A DNA stretch of 63,439 bases, filler included, from Stramenopiles sp. TOSAG23-3 (lineage: Eukaryota): the NCBI GenBank assembly GCA_900128585.1. It is 8 parts of 8 records of this genome, joined end to end, with 100 filler letters (N's around TTAATTAATTAA, not from the genome) between each part and the next. Parts side by side here need not be neighbours in the genome. Positions count along the whole stretch, not along the records: positions 30,118 to 40,047 come from LT642865.1; positions 40,148 to 50,075 come from LT642866.1; 6 more parts are not named here. One strand, 5' to 3'. This document shows, piece after piece, positions 30,457 through 40,661 of the stretch. The notes below the pieces were generated by a model. It was not told where the DNA came from, searched no databases, and worked only from the letters and a program-made list of their open reading frames with translations. The position numbers and the translations under genes are program-made. Numbering within the stretch: the first letter of the stretch is position 1; the number at the start of each line of letters is the position of its first letter.

Positions 30457-31095
30457 TTACGAAGTTAACAGCCGTGGGACAAAGAGGAGTGCCCATACAA
30501 TCGCCAGCAATTGAGATTCGAAATTCAAGTCATGCTTGATAAGTCCAAGGTATCCAGCCACAAATGCCAGCGTACTGCCAGCCGTGCCTAGCAGGTAATG
30601 CAATTTCCTCAACGTCACCTTTCCAGTCGCAACACCCTTTCCTTTGCCCAGGTTCTTCAAAATGCCCAGTGCAAAATGGGGCAAATCCTTCGCTGTTGTG
30701 AAAAGCATCCAACCCATGATCATCGTTAAGGACATCACAGCCCCCCATATAACTCCAGTCCATCCATGGTTAGACGGCATTCTCCCAGAAACGAAGAGGA
30801 GGCCTTTGCCGTGAACAACTTTGTTGTACATAATTGCGCTAATGCCTAAAAAGTACATAACGCCCGACGCCCACATCCCATACATGTGCTTCACCCTCAG
30901 GCCCTCTTTCTTTTCCTTATTTCGGCACAGTCTGGCTTCCATTGACCAAGCTATACTAAATACCATGCTTATGGTAAATGCAATGAAACAAAGAGGATGA
31001 TAAGAAAATAAACTTTTAAACGGGTAATACTTCTTCCCGACAAGAAAACCCCAACCCAAAATCAGGACTTTCGCCAGGCTCCGTAAAAGCTCCAT
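30457..31095 (-). CDS. Cytochrome b561-domain membrane protein
   Basis: About six hydrophobic helices with four His in b561 spacing: SYHP, VKHM, SNHGW, KLHY. Confidence 0.8.
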   Translation of the reverse strand: MELLRSLAKVLILGWGFLVGKKYYPFKSLFSYHPLCFIAFTISMVFSIAWSMEARLCRNKEKKEGLRVKHMYGMWASGVMYFLGISAIMYNKVVHGKGLLFVSGRMPSNHGWTGVIWGAVMSLTMIMGWMLFTTAKDLPHFALGILKNLGKGKGVATGKVTLRKLHYLLGTAGSTLAFVAGYLGLIKHDLNFESQLLAIVWALLFVPRLLTS

Positions 31096-31353
31096 GTCGC
31101 TACCGTACTGCCCAACACCAAAATTATATCAAAGAGAGAACCCCGCCTGAAAAAAATTGAAGAAACAATCAATATTTTACAAGCATTATCGCCTATTTCA
31201 TTTCGTGCAACTGTGGTCCACATTCACTTTATCAACAAGAATCAAACCAAATATAAGAACAAAGTATAAAATATGAATCCATTGAATTATTCTAATTTTT
31301 TTATTATTAGTTCTAATTAGACGACTATTATAAATAATATTAATATTTCTTTT

Positions 31354-31443
31354 NNNNNNNNNNNNNNNNNNNNNNNNNNNNNNNNNNNNNNNNNNNNNNN
31401 NNNNNNNNNNNNNNNNNNNNNNNNNNNNNNNNNNNNNNNNNNN
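31354..31443. other. Scaffold gap (90 N, no linker)
   Basis: N run without TTAATTAATTAA, flanked by low-complexity DNA. Confidence 0.95.
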
Positions 31444-31806
31444 ATTTATCTCTCCTCTCTCTCCTCTCTCTCCTCTCCTCCTCCTCCGCGGTTTCTTTTC
31501 TCAATCACACCTCCGTCCTACAATAAATATCGGTCCGTTGAATTACGACGGAGGACTTTATGTTTTGGTTTCCAATGCAAAATTGGTTGTGTTGAAGTAG
31601 GATTGAGATGACTACAGAATAGAATAAATTATGAATTACATCGAAATGCAACTAGAGTGTCAAATTGAATAATAGTACAAAAACAATTCAACGAAATTGC
31701 ATAGAGGTATAGAAATAGAGAGAGTGACAGGCCGTCGCTGTACATAGACATCTCCACTTCGAAGGAGTCGGAGAAGAAAGGGGGCTTCGGTTCGACCAGG
31801 TTTGCA

Positions 31807-33159
31807 ATGGAAATTCAGCCAAAAGTACATGGTGGAATTTCTGCGTCGGAATTTCCGTTGTCAGGAGGAAGCAGTTTGCTGTCAGCCGGCGGGAGTGCGT
31901 TGTTTGCGAATGCTGCGAATCAAAGTGGCCTGGGAGACGGCAGCAGTTCAGTTCCTACGGACGCTGATAATGATAATTCTAGCAAACCAAGCACATCGCT
32001 ATTGTTCATAGCACCAAAAGAAAAAAAGCTTTCGTTTGAAGATTATTGGGCAAGTAGGGGAATGTCATCCCCCGATCGTAACGCCAATATTCCATTCGAT
32101 GATACTTTAACGGAAATGGACACTCCGCGCAACTGGAAAGTAAGGCCGACGTCACCGTCTGCAAAACGAGTTGCTAAAATTGCGACAGACCGCAGACACC
32201 AATTTGCGAAAAGTTCAGACAGCACCATAACGGCCCATGCGCCGGAGTACAAACCGGTCGCGCCGTCTCGTTTCCTTGACAAGGTGGAATTTTTGATGCA
32301 ATTAGAGGCAAAGAGGAAAAAGTTTAAAGACGAGACGATGGACAGCGAGTTTTGGAGAAGCATGATGCTACCAGATGTTGATTTTCGAGAGTTATTAGAT
32401 CCTCGAAGCAAAGACGAAATAGAACAAGAACTTCGAGTAGCGGAAGAGCAGGCAAAGTTTGAAAATAGAGTAATGGCCCGGTGGGAGCTCTTGAACGATC
32501 GCACCCTGTACAACACAAAGACTGAAGAGAATTTTGCTGCCGGCCGCTACGGAGAGGCTCTAAACTATAGCAGACTGTACAGATCGAAGTGCGAAGCCGA
32601 GAAGATGCAGATGGCGCTGGAGCGGGAGGAAGAAATTTTGCGATTGATGGGGGCTAACTTTCACATTGGCGCAGGGACAAAAGGAGGGAGCCGAAAGTAC
32701 AAGACTCCCAATGAGTTGCACATGGACTTGTACCAGTTAAAAGTGAGAAATAGTAAAGAAACTGTAGCAAGTTTGAATGCCCGCCCGACGGGGAAGAAAC
32801 TCCAGAGGGTTGGGGAGAAGAAAAAGAGTACGACAAATAAGCTGAAAAAGAGGAACCCTTTCTCCGAAATTAACTTTAAGCGTCCGAACAGTGTCCTCCG
32901 CCTGAACAAAAGTAAGAGCGAGACCAAAAAACTGCTGGACGAGGTTAAGAAGAGCATGCTAAAAGTTAAACGGCAGGGCATTAAATTGCCAAGCACTACG
33001 CAGAAAAAGAAAACTTTGCGTGCTATTAATTTCAATTCTTGTCGGACAAGCGTCGGAGCGAAAGGCCCGTCGAAGAAAGGCCAGGGGAAGAAGAAGAGAG
33101 GTGCTCGTAAGGTAACTTTACGAAAAAAACGACCAGCGCGCAAGCTCGACACTAGATAA
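31807..33159 (+). CDS. Hypothetical protein with Lys-rich C-terminus
   Basis: 450-aa ATG ORF with coding-like composition; no recognisable domain. Confidence 0.8.
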   Translation: MEIQPKVHGGISASEFPLSGGSSLLSAGGSALFANAANQSGLGDGSSSVPTDADNDNSSKPSTSLLFIAPKEKKLSFEDYWASRGMSSPDRNANIPFDDTLTEMDTPRNWKVRPTSPSAKRVAKIATDRRHQFAKSSDSTITAHAPEYKPVAPSRFLDKVEFLMQLEAKRKKFKDETMDSEFWRSMMLPDVDFRELLDPRSKDEIEQELRVAEEQAKFENRVMARWELLNDRTLYNTKTEENFAAGRYGEALNYSRLYRSKCEAEKMQMALEREEEILRLMGANFHIGAGTKGGSRKYKTPNELHMDLYQLKVRNSKETVASLNARPTGKKLQRVGEKKKSTTNKLKKRNPFSEINFKRPNSVLRLNKSKSETKKLLDEVKKSMLKVKRQGIKLPSTTQKKKTLRAINFNSCRTSVGAKGPSKKGQGKKKRGARKVTLRKKRPARKLDTR

Positions 33160-33610
33160 AAACAAAAAACTGGCTGTTATTTAATTACGTAATGAAAAAC
33201 GAAAAATTGGCTGCTATTTAAAGAAAGTTATTGGGAAAAAATCTTAGATTTCGAAGAATCAAAGACTGATAGTAATTGAGCGTCTTGAAGCATACTAATT
33301 GAGAGTCTTAAAGCATACTATCATATCATATATAAATTATAATATCATTCATTAGTTAGTTTTTATATATTATAATATTTTATTTTTTTTAAAAATAAAA
33401 CAAGAAAATTGGCTGTTATTTTTTAAGTCATTAAAATTTATCTAAAACAAGAAAATTAAAATTTATCTTCTTCATATAACTGAGAAGTTATCTCTGCTAG
33501 TAAGTAATTACTTTGTAAAATTTATCTTCCTCGTGTACCGCAAAAACGAATCTGTTCCTTTTGTCCATTACAGGTTTATGTTCCTTCATGTACTGCGAAC
33601 TTATCTCTCT
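33154..33610 (+). repeat. Cluster of 3'-end element copies and their internal sub-repeats
   Basis: TGGCTG(T/C)TATTT cores at ~33171, ~33208 and ~33410; AAATTTATCTTC modules at ~33459 and ~33518; TTCCTTCATGTACTGCGAACT at 33581. Confidence 0.85.
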
Positions 33611-33749
33611 ACTCTTGTGGTTTTACTAATCAATATCATGCCCTTGTCACTTAGTCTTGACTATCATGCTCAGATGTACTCAATACGTGCAACTAGATAA
33701 TTCTTTAAAAAATTACAGAGTGTGGCTCATTTTTTTAAACCCGAATTTA

Positions 33750-35057
33750 CTACTTGCTTGAATTTATTTCCTTCCACTCTGCATATGATAGACTGCCCAC
33801 ACCGACAGCTCCGTACCGCTGGGGGGATCTCGGGAGGGAGTACGTTTCCTCCTCCACGGGCTTTGCCCTCTCTTCCTCGTCCAGAGGAATTCTCATCTTC
33901 TTCTTCAACAGCCTTACACACTTTTTGTGCCCGTGCACTTTTGCGTAATCCAGCGCGTTCGATCCAGTATACCAGTCCGTCGTCCAAAGATCGCAGTTGT
34001 TGTCTAACAATTCTTTGAGAATTCTTGAGTTGCCCTTATTTGCCGCTTCCATCAAAGGTGTCCAGCCAGGCTCGTCATCGTTCATTCCGCTTTGAACATC
34101 TACATCTATACCCGCCTCGATCAGTGCCCTAACCAATTTGACACTGTTCGTATTCCGGCAAGCCCAATGCAGCGCTGTGCATCCGAACTTGTCCGTTTTC
34201 CAAATGTCCAGTTCGAGCTCTGCCATGACTCGCAAAATCATTCGCACTTTCTTCACACTCCCCACTTTGGATGCCTCTATCAACAGCTTCACGTACTTCT
34301 TGTTCACCTCGTCCTTGGAAAGTTTTGCCCTGGGCAGCTTGATTTTCTGCTTTTTTATTTCTCGGTTTTTTTCACACCTGGCACTTTTGTAAACAGCCTC
34401 AGCTTCCAGCAGCGTTTTGTGAGCCTGCTCAAACCTTTCTTTTTGCTTCAAAAAGTTTTGCCTCGCGGCCTCTAAACGTGTCGTAGCAGCCTGCATAGCG
34501 CTGAATTTTTTGTCTGTACCATCTTCAGGCGCAGCAGCGTCTGACTCCAGGTCTGGATCCCCGTCCCATTCTTCTTCGACCGCTTCTTCTCCGTCGTCAG
34601 CTTCTTTGCTTTCGAGGTCTTGCTCTTCGTTTTCGGGATCTATTCCAGGATTGTCGTCATTTGCGTCCAAATCCAGATCGTTTTCGTCTAACTCTTCTTC
34701 GCCATTCTCGCTTTCGTCTTGGTCTACGTCTTCTTCCTCTTCTTCCTTCGCCTCGCTGTCTGAGTACTGTTCGTTTTTGTCCGTTCTGTCATCTTCTTCA
34801 TCGTCAATTGCATCATCATTTTCGTCCGCTTCTTCTTCACTACCAACTCCGTTTTCGCTTTCCTGGAACTCCTCACTTGCCCCGCCTTCATCCACTTTGT
34901 TTGTCTCAGTATTAAAATCTTCCCGACTTTCTCCAACCTTTTCCTCACTGTCTATTTCTTCCTCGTTCTCGCTCACATCTTCACTGTATACCTCATCATC
35001 ATTTTCCTCGACTCCTTCCGAGTCTCTATCAAAGGATTCACCGCTGCTGTCACTCAT
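33750..35057 (-). CDS. Ankyrin-repeat protein with long Asp/Glu-rich N-terminus
   Basis: GCTALHWAC, GWTPLMEAANKGN, GSNALDYA; about 175-aa acidic tract; ATG 35057. Confidence 0.9.
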   Translation of the reverse strand: MSDSSGESFDRDSEGVEENDDEVYSEDVSENEEEIDSEEKVGESREDFNTETNKVDEGGASEEFQESENGVGSEEEADENDDAIDDEEDDRTDKNEQYSDSEAKEEEEEDVDQDESENGEEELDENDLDLDANDDNPGIDPENEEQDLESKEADDGEEAVEEEWDGDPDLESDAAAPEDGTDKKFSAMQAATTRLEAARQNFLKQKERFEQAHKTLLEAEAVYKSARCEKNREIKKQKIKLPRAKLSKDEVNKKYVKLLIEASKVGSVKKVRMILRVMAELELDIWKTDKFGCTALHWACRNTNSVKLVRALIEAGIDVDVQSGMNDDEPGWTPLMEAANKGNSRILKELLDNNCDLWTTDWYTGSNALDYAKVHGHKKCVRLLKKKMRIPLDEEERAKPVEEETYSLPRSPQRYGAVGVGSLSYAEWKEINSSK

Positions 35058-35545
35058 CTCTATTGGTTCTAGCAAAACACTGGTAAATAAATGAGAGAAA
35101 CGAGAATCTATCTATGGTTTTTGTGATAATGTATTATTGGACCTCAAACGATTATTTTCAAATTTTATAATCGCGTACAGGACGACTTAATTGGTCGATA
35201 CGTACTTTTGCTGTTTTAAGTTGGGCAAAGAAGAAGTCAATGTTCATGGTCATTCCTCGCAGTTCGTACCCAAATGAAAACTCTTTTTTTTATGGTGCTG
35301 CTGTGTCCCTTGTTCAAAAAAGAGGAATGGGGGTAAAATGCGTTTCAGACCTTTATATAGCTATAGCATAGATAAAAATATGCAATTTAATAATATTTTA
35401 CTCAGGTGCTATGTTTATGTATTCGTATTCCACAGCAAACGATTCGTCACTTTTATATTTCTCGAAGAATATTATTTGTGCCAATAATTTGCAATTAGAA
35501 AAGCTCTTATGCTCTATATCAAAAATATTTGATCAAACAACGACC

Positions 35546-35987
35546 AGACGACCGTCGTTGTTTTTCTTGAAGTAAAAGGCCATACTGTTCACCTGTTTAA
35601 TAAAGTGTTCAGTGTCCTTGGCGCGAAAAAAAATCCGACTCGATTTTCAAAGTATGGAAGTGTTCGGCCAGAAAATGACAAATGAAAGCAAGGGAGACGC
35701 ATAACTGCTTAAGTTTAGGTCAGCCAATCGTTCCGACCACGATGTCTGCGCCTCCACGAACGTTTATAAATTGTTTGCCCCCGAATGACTTGGAATTACG
35801 GTTCCTAGGGACAATTTTTTGTGAAATGGACGATTTGGACCAAATATCGCCGGGACAAACTCTTATTCGTTTGTAAGATTGGGGGAAACGAGTCATAGGG
35901 GAACAATTATATATAACTGAAAGGGCATTTGACTGTTTAAAATTATGAAAATTATCCTTTTTTCATAAAGATCTCTTCGTCTCAAAT
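35546..35987. repeat. Dispersed non-coding element, copy 2 (442 bp)
   Basis: Homologous to 1725-2105 with an extra 61 bp at 35628-35688. Confidence 0.9.
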
Positions 35988-36345
35988 AGTTAACACCAAT
36001 TCGTTTGCACTTTTTCAATTCCGCGCCAAAGATACCGACCTCGCGGATCTCATTGAGAAGATGTATTCTTCGTTCGTCAATGCTGTGTTGATGCTATTGA
36101 TTATTCGACGACGAAGAAGAGAAAGAAGAAGCGAAAAAAAGAAGACGGAAAGAAAAGATAAATTTTAAATTCCACAGAAACCTTGATGACTTCTTCCTTT
36201 TTTCATATTTTGCAATTGCATTGCTAGTTTGATACTTTCATCACTAACCTGCTTTGTAAACTGGAGAATGCAAATGCGGTTATTTTTTATGATTAAATTC
36301 CTCCGACGACAATACAAGGGGAAATATTCGAATATAGTCGGAGCG

Positions 36346-39300
36346 ATGTTTCGTTTCATGGCGAGCTGTGTGTGGGTGACCTTGCTCTTCTTGTTTGCCA
36401 CAGCTACGGGCAGCGTTCGAAATCCTTCATTTCCTGTGTTTGTGGCAATCCTACCGGTCAGATCCGAACACCCGTTGCCGGCTACGTGTCTTCTGCCAAG
36501 GCTAGTGTTTAAACCATATGATGCGGTAAAGGGAAAAGTAATATCTGGACCGCCTTCGATAGTTGTAGATACACATGGAGAATATATTGTATCGTGCACC
36601 GGGAAAGACGCTTTGCTAAAATACAAAGCAGTTGCGTTCGGCACTCCAGGAGGGCGAGCAACAAGTTACGAGCTGCTGAGCGACAGTTTCGGTGGCGATA
36701 AAAAAAAAACTTCATCCGACCGTCGGTTCAATTTTTGGAAGTTTGTAACGGGCGTTGACGACTTAGTGTACAAGGTTTCGTTGCCAAGTGATGACCACGG
36801 TGTAGTGAACGGACGCTCGAATTTCTTTCTTGAACCCGTTCAATACACTTTGAAAGGCGTACTGCCACACGTAGGCGCCTCGCTTGCTGTTAGGTCAGCT
36901 TCGCGTCTGGCAGGAAATCAACATGGTTTGCGCCTAGTGGTGAACAGTACAACGCGAGAAGTTGCATTTTTCAGTCTTGGGAAAGAAATGTACCGTGAAC
37001 CGTTCGAAAAACGATGCGAGGGAGAACTTTCTGTAGTGCTGCAGTTGAATGCACGTAATTTCTCTGTCGAATGGGGGGGGTGCAGCAGAAATGCGTCGAG
37101 GACGCCAGCTCGTGGAAGCCACGGCGTGAACTTTCGCAACTTTGGGGGAAGGGGTCACGCGCGCACGCAACTTTGGCTTCATTGGGAAGAGAAGTCTCCC
37201 AATGCCTCGTTCGAAATCAAATCGCTCCTGGTGCCAGGGGAAGACCCACTACGCCCCGTCTCGACTCTGCCCCAGCCTGCCGCCATGCCTGCCGTAGAAT
37301 CTGACGAAGTTGGCGGCTTTGGGCCGCTGGATCTTCCACTGGGCGAAGAGCAACCGATGGCTTCGATGGGGTTCCTTGATGTAACAGGACCACCATTTTT
37401 TGCAGACCCTAGTGGAAAGCGAGATTCCACTTTGGCAATCCAGCATGCGGTCGACTTCGCCAGATGGCATTACCTGGCCGTTTGGCTGCCGGTCGGCGAA
37501 TACCACATCAGTGACACTATCATTGCCAAGCAGACTACACGGCTAATGATGACAGGGGACATTCCTGGAGAGAAATTGAAGGGTTTTACACGAGATTTTC
37601 TCCTCGACGGTGTGAGTTCTCGCTATGCTCCTCATCACATTCGTGGTGAAGTGAAGGCCAGCAATGCCCGCGCAACGATTTATGTGCCACCATTTACGAC
37701 AGGGTTCATGAACGCATCGTCCCCCAAAACGTGTATTGACATGCGGTACATTAATCCTGTGGGGGAAGAGGAGCCGAATGCCCAGTACAATACCAACATC
37801 ATCGGCGTTGGGATTAAAATCGGAGCAGGAAACGCGGGGGCGGTCGGGCTGCGCCTCCGTGCTGCACAAGGAAGTGGGGCGGAAGATGTAGAGATCACCT
37901 TCGAAGGGGGCTCTGATCCCAGTGCGGGCCTTGCAGGTATCGTGGGAGGGTGCGGCTCCGGCGGTGCTCACCACAGTGTGAAAGTAAGTGGCGGACGTTA
38001 CGGACTGGACCTCAGAATGACACAGCCTGCAAGTACTATAAGTGGCATTCTTTTGGAGAACCAATCTTGTTCTGCAATTGTGTACGAAGGTTTTGAAACT
38101 TTGACTGCTGTTGGGGTCAACATAAGTGAATTCCACGGCACAAAAGCTGTGGTGGCAGGGTTTCAACCCTTGCTGCCCAGTGGGGGAGACTGTTATTTGC
38201 CAACAATGGGGGGTAATTATCAGAAAACAAATGGCGTTATTGCTGGAAGGATGTCGTTTGTTGATTCTTGCATACGCTTTTCGTCACCGTCGCGGGGTAC
38301 TGGTGAACCCGTTGCATTTACCACAAACAGAAGCCTGTTCCTAAAAAATGTTTGGATTTTTGGTGCATCCTACGTTGCAAAGTTTGAAAATGGTGCATTG
38401 AACAGTGGAAAGATGGGCTGGACGAATGTCGTTGTATTTGCACGGGGAGAGAACAGTTCAGCATACGCATCGCACTCAGAGTGGGTGTTGCAGTCACCGA
38501 CGTACATCGATGGCCGCCGCTATGAAACGGGCAAAGCCGTTCTTAACACTATAAAGCACGGCGCTGCAGCGGTTCCCCCTCAGGGGTTGGTATCCCAGCA
38601 TTCGTGGGGGCCTGCGAACGAATTCCCTTCTTTCACCAGCAAACATGTACGGAACGTCCGTAAGGCACCGTACAATGCAGTGGGCGATGGTGTCACAGAC
38701 GACACGACGGCTATTCAGCGCGCGTTAGATGATGCCGCCAATGCTGTTAAAACATCCTTGACCCCCCTGGGTGCCGGCTCGTGCCAAATTGTTCTTCTCC
38801 CAAGAGGGCAGTACGCAATTAAGCGAACATTACAAGTGAAGAACGGTGTTGCTTTGATTGGTGTCGCAAAGCATTTGTCCAGGTTGGTAATGTTCTTTGA
38901 CGACAGACTGTTCTCCCGCAACGCAAACGACGAAATACAGGCGATGGTAGAAACGGACACCGATGCCGCTTTTACCCTGCTGGCCTTCTTTTCGATGACA
39001 GTATGGAACACAGCACCTAGTGTTGCAGCGATACGGTGGCAGGCGAAGGGCGGTCTGGTTCGTGGCATCCACTTCAATCGTGCCAATCGATGTGGGTCCT
39101 ACGATGGCCACGGCTGTAAACTGCCGACGCCGATCAACCACCCAATGATGAGTATAACAGGGAAAAATGCTTCGTTAAAATTTTTTACCTTCTTCTTGGA
39201 GGACTGCTGTCGAACAGAAACTTTCTCTGACCCTTCGACATTTTGGAAAGGGTACCTGGCTGGACCTCAAGAAGCTCACTACCGCCACTTGCTGGTAACC

Positions 39301-39744
39301 AACGGGGCAGGACCAGTGCAGTTCTACCACTTGAATTGCGAGCATGGAACAGGGGAGGCCATATGCGAATTTTCAAACGGTGCGCATGACATTGACATTT
39401 ACGGGTTTAAGGCGGAAGGAAACACAGTCGCTCTTTGGATTAGAGATTGCGACAATATTAAGTCATTTGGGTCTGGAGGGTGTGGGTGCGTCGATAACAA
39501 GACAGTGTGGCCGCCCTCCTTTGAGCAGGACGCTCCATCGTTCTACCGGATTCAGCGAAGCACCAATATTCTTCTGGCAAATGTAATGGACCAAGGTTCA
39601 CAACGCACGAAGCCAGAAGGAAACCCTTTCAACGAAGTAGGGTGTAACCCGAACGCTGAAAACAAAATTCTGGCTGAAGCCAAGGGAGAACAAATCCTCA
39701 CGGACGTGTTTGATCGGCCGGTAGCATTTATCGTAAATGGATAA
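36346..39744 (+). CDS. Secreted double beta-helix glycoside hydrolase/lyase (Pectate_lyase_3, GH55-like)
   Basis: Signal peptide MFRFMASCVWVTLLFLFATATG; two beta-helix cap motifs: DVTGPPFFADPSGKRDSTLAIQHAV...VWLPVGEY and NVRKAPYNAVGDGVTDDTTAIQRAL...VLLPRGQY. Confidence 0.85.
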   Translation: MFRFMASCVWVTLLFLFATATGSVRNPSFPVFVAILPVRSEHPLPATCLLPRLVFKPYDAVKGKVISGPPSIVVDTHGEYIVSCTGKDALLKYKAVAFGTPGGRATSYELLSDSFGGDKKKTSSDRRFNFWKFVTGVDDLVYKVSLPSDDHGVVNGRSNFFLEPVQYTLKGVLPHVGASLAVRSASRLAGNQHGLRLVVNSTTREVAFFSLGKEMYREPFEKRCEGELSVVLQLNARNFSVEWGGCSRNASRTPARGSHGVNFRNFGGRGHARTQLWLHWEEKSPNASFEIKSLLVPGEDPLRPVSTLPQPAAMPAVESDEVGGFGPLDLPLGEEQPMASMGFLDVTGPPFFADPSGKRDSTLAIQHAVDFARWHYLAVWLPVGEYHISDTIIAKQTTRLMMTGDIPGEKLKGFTRDFLLDGVSSRYAPHHIRGEVKASNARATIYVPPFTTGFMNASSPKTCIDMRYINPVGEEEPNAQYNTNIIGVGIKIGAGNAGAVGLRLRAAQGSGAEDVEITFEGGSDPSAGLAGIVGGCGSGGAHHSVKVSGGRYGLDLRMTQPASTISGILLENQSCSAIVYEGFETLTAVGVNISEFHGTKAVVAGFQPLLPSGGDCYLPTMGGNYQKTNGVIAGRMSFVDSCIRFSSPSRGTGEPVAFTTNRSLFLKNVWIFGASYVAKFENGALNSGKMGWTNVVVFARGENSSAYASHSEWVLQSPTYIDGRRYETGKAVLNTIKHGAAAVPPQGLVSQHSWGPANEFPSFTSKHVRNVRKAPYNAVGDGVTDDTTAIQRALDDAANAVKTSLTPLGAGSCQIVLLPRGQYAIKRTLQVKNGVALIGVAKHLSRLVMFFDDRLFSRNANDEIQAMVETDTDAAFTLLAFFSMTVWNTAPSVAAIRWQAKGGLVRGIHFNRANRCGSYDGHGCKLPTPINHPMMSITGKNASLKFFTFFLEDCCRTETFSDPSTFWKGYLAGPQEAHYRHLLVTNGAGPVQFYHLNCEHGTGEAICEFSNGAHDIDIYGFKAEGNTVALWIRDCDNIKSFGSGGCGCVDNKTVWPPSFEQDAPSFYRIQRSTNILLANVMDQGSQRTKPEGNPFNEVGCNPNAENKILAEAKGEQILTDVFDRPVAFIVNG

Positions 39745-39777
39745 AAACGACACGAGGAACCCTTTACAAGTAAAAAT

Positions 39778-39818
39778 AAACACAAGAAAATTGGCTGTTA
39801 TTTAAGTATAAGATAAAA
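39778..39818 (+). repeat. 3'-end element copy downstream of the GH55-like gene
   Basis: AAACACAAGAAAATTGGCTGTTATTTAAGTA, 34 bp after the stop. Confidence 0.9.
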
Positions 39819-40047
39819 TATGTTTATATGAGAGGAAGCTGAAGTTTTAATTACTCTAAATATCATGGAAATCGCTGACCGGCCTAGCCGTTTAGGAGCC
39901 CCAGAAGGTACACTTACATCTGTATGCGTATACGACCACGAAACGATCAAACTCAATACCGATCATTCTTTCATTGAGCAGTACCACAGACAACGAGCCC
40001 CTTTAAAACATTTATGCCGCTGTGTACTTTTAAGACCAATCAATTGG

Positions 40048-40147
40048 NNNNNNNNNNNNNNNNNNNNNNNNNNNNNNNNNNNNNNNNNNNNTTAATTAAT
40101 TAANNNNNNNNNNNNNNNNNNNNNNNNNNNNNNNNNNNNNNNNNNNN
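40048..40147. other. Artificial contig linker
   Basis: 44N-TTAATTAATTAA-44N. Confidence 0.98.
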
Positions 40148-40226
40148 GGCGCAGGATTGCGAGCTGTGTGTTCCCCGGTGCATGGCTTGCATGTGCGCCT
40201 CCAACCGCAACCATTTCTCCTGCAGT
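40148..40226 (-). other. Exact 79-bp inverted copy of coding sequence 44084-44162 at contig start (probable amplification chimera)
   Basis: Reverse complement is identical to 44084-44162. Confidence 0.9.
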
Positions 40227-40661
40227 CTTTCTTTCTTTCTTCAACAAAATATTATTAATATTATTATAATAAATAAATATGTACGTATGTATACATAGGA
40301 TAGCAGGGACTTACTGATGGGGGGCGGGGCGGGGCGGGATGGAATAGTAGAGTAGAGTAGAGGAGACTCATTCTATATTATTATATTATTTATATAATAA
40401 AAATTATTAGTCCAAAATTAGAATTGTTTTGTTTCCGCCTGGTTGGTTAAAGGTCAACTGTGTTCGGTCCAGACCTTACCTACGGGCTGGAATGAAACTC
40501 CTAGCAGCCCTTATAGTCACGTGCACCTGGGGCTAGAAAAAAAAGTCTTTGTCCGTCCAAGGCACTGTCGATTTTTTTGATACGCGCAGAGGAACGGGAA
40601 AGTAGACTGTTGTTTCGTGGAGACAAAAAAAACCTTTTTCTTCCACAAGTCTTTCAGAAGG

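Noticed and set aside
31780-31802. GGTTCGACC resembling a tRNA T-loop
   Set aside because: No cloverleaf, acceptor stem or A-box can be built around it.
39865-40047. Possible gene end or MYND-like CxxxxxCxxYCS on the minus strand at the contig tip
   Set aside because: Too short, interrupted by a stop, and the motif spacing is unconvincing.
40450-40510. Two short hairpins (AAGGTC/GACCTT, GGGCTG/CAGCCC) with ATGA, SECIS- or ribozyme-like
   Set aside because: Only 6-bp stems, located 5' of a gene, with no GA quartet partner or hammerhead core, and no UGA-containing selenoprotein nearby.
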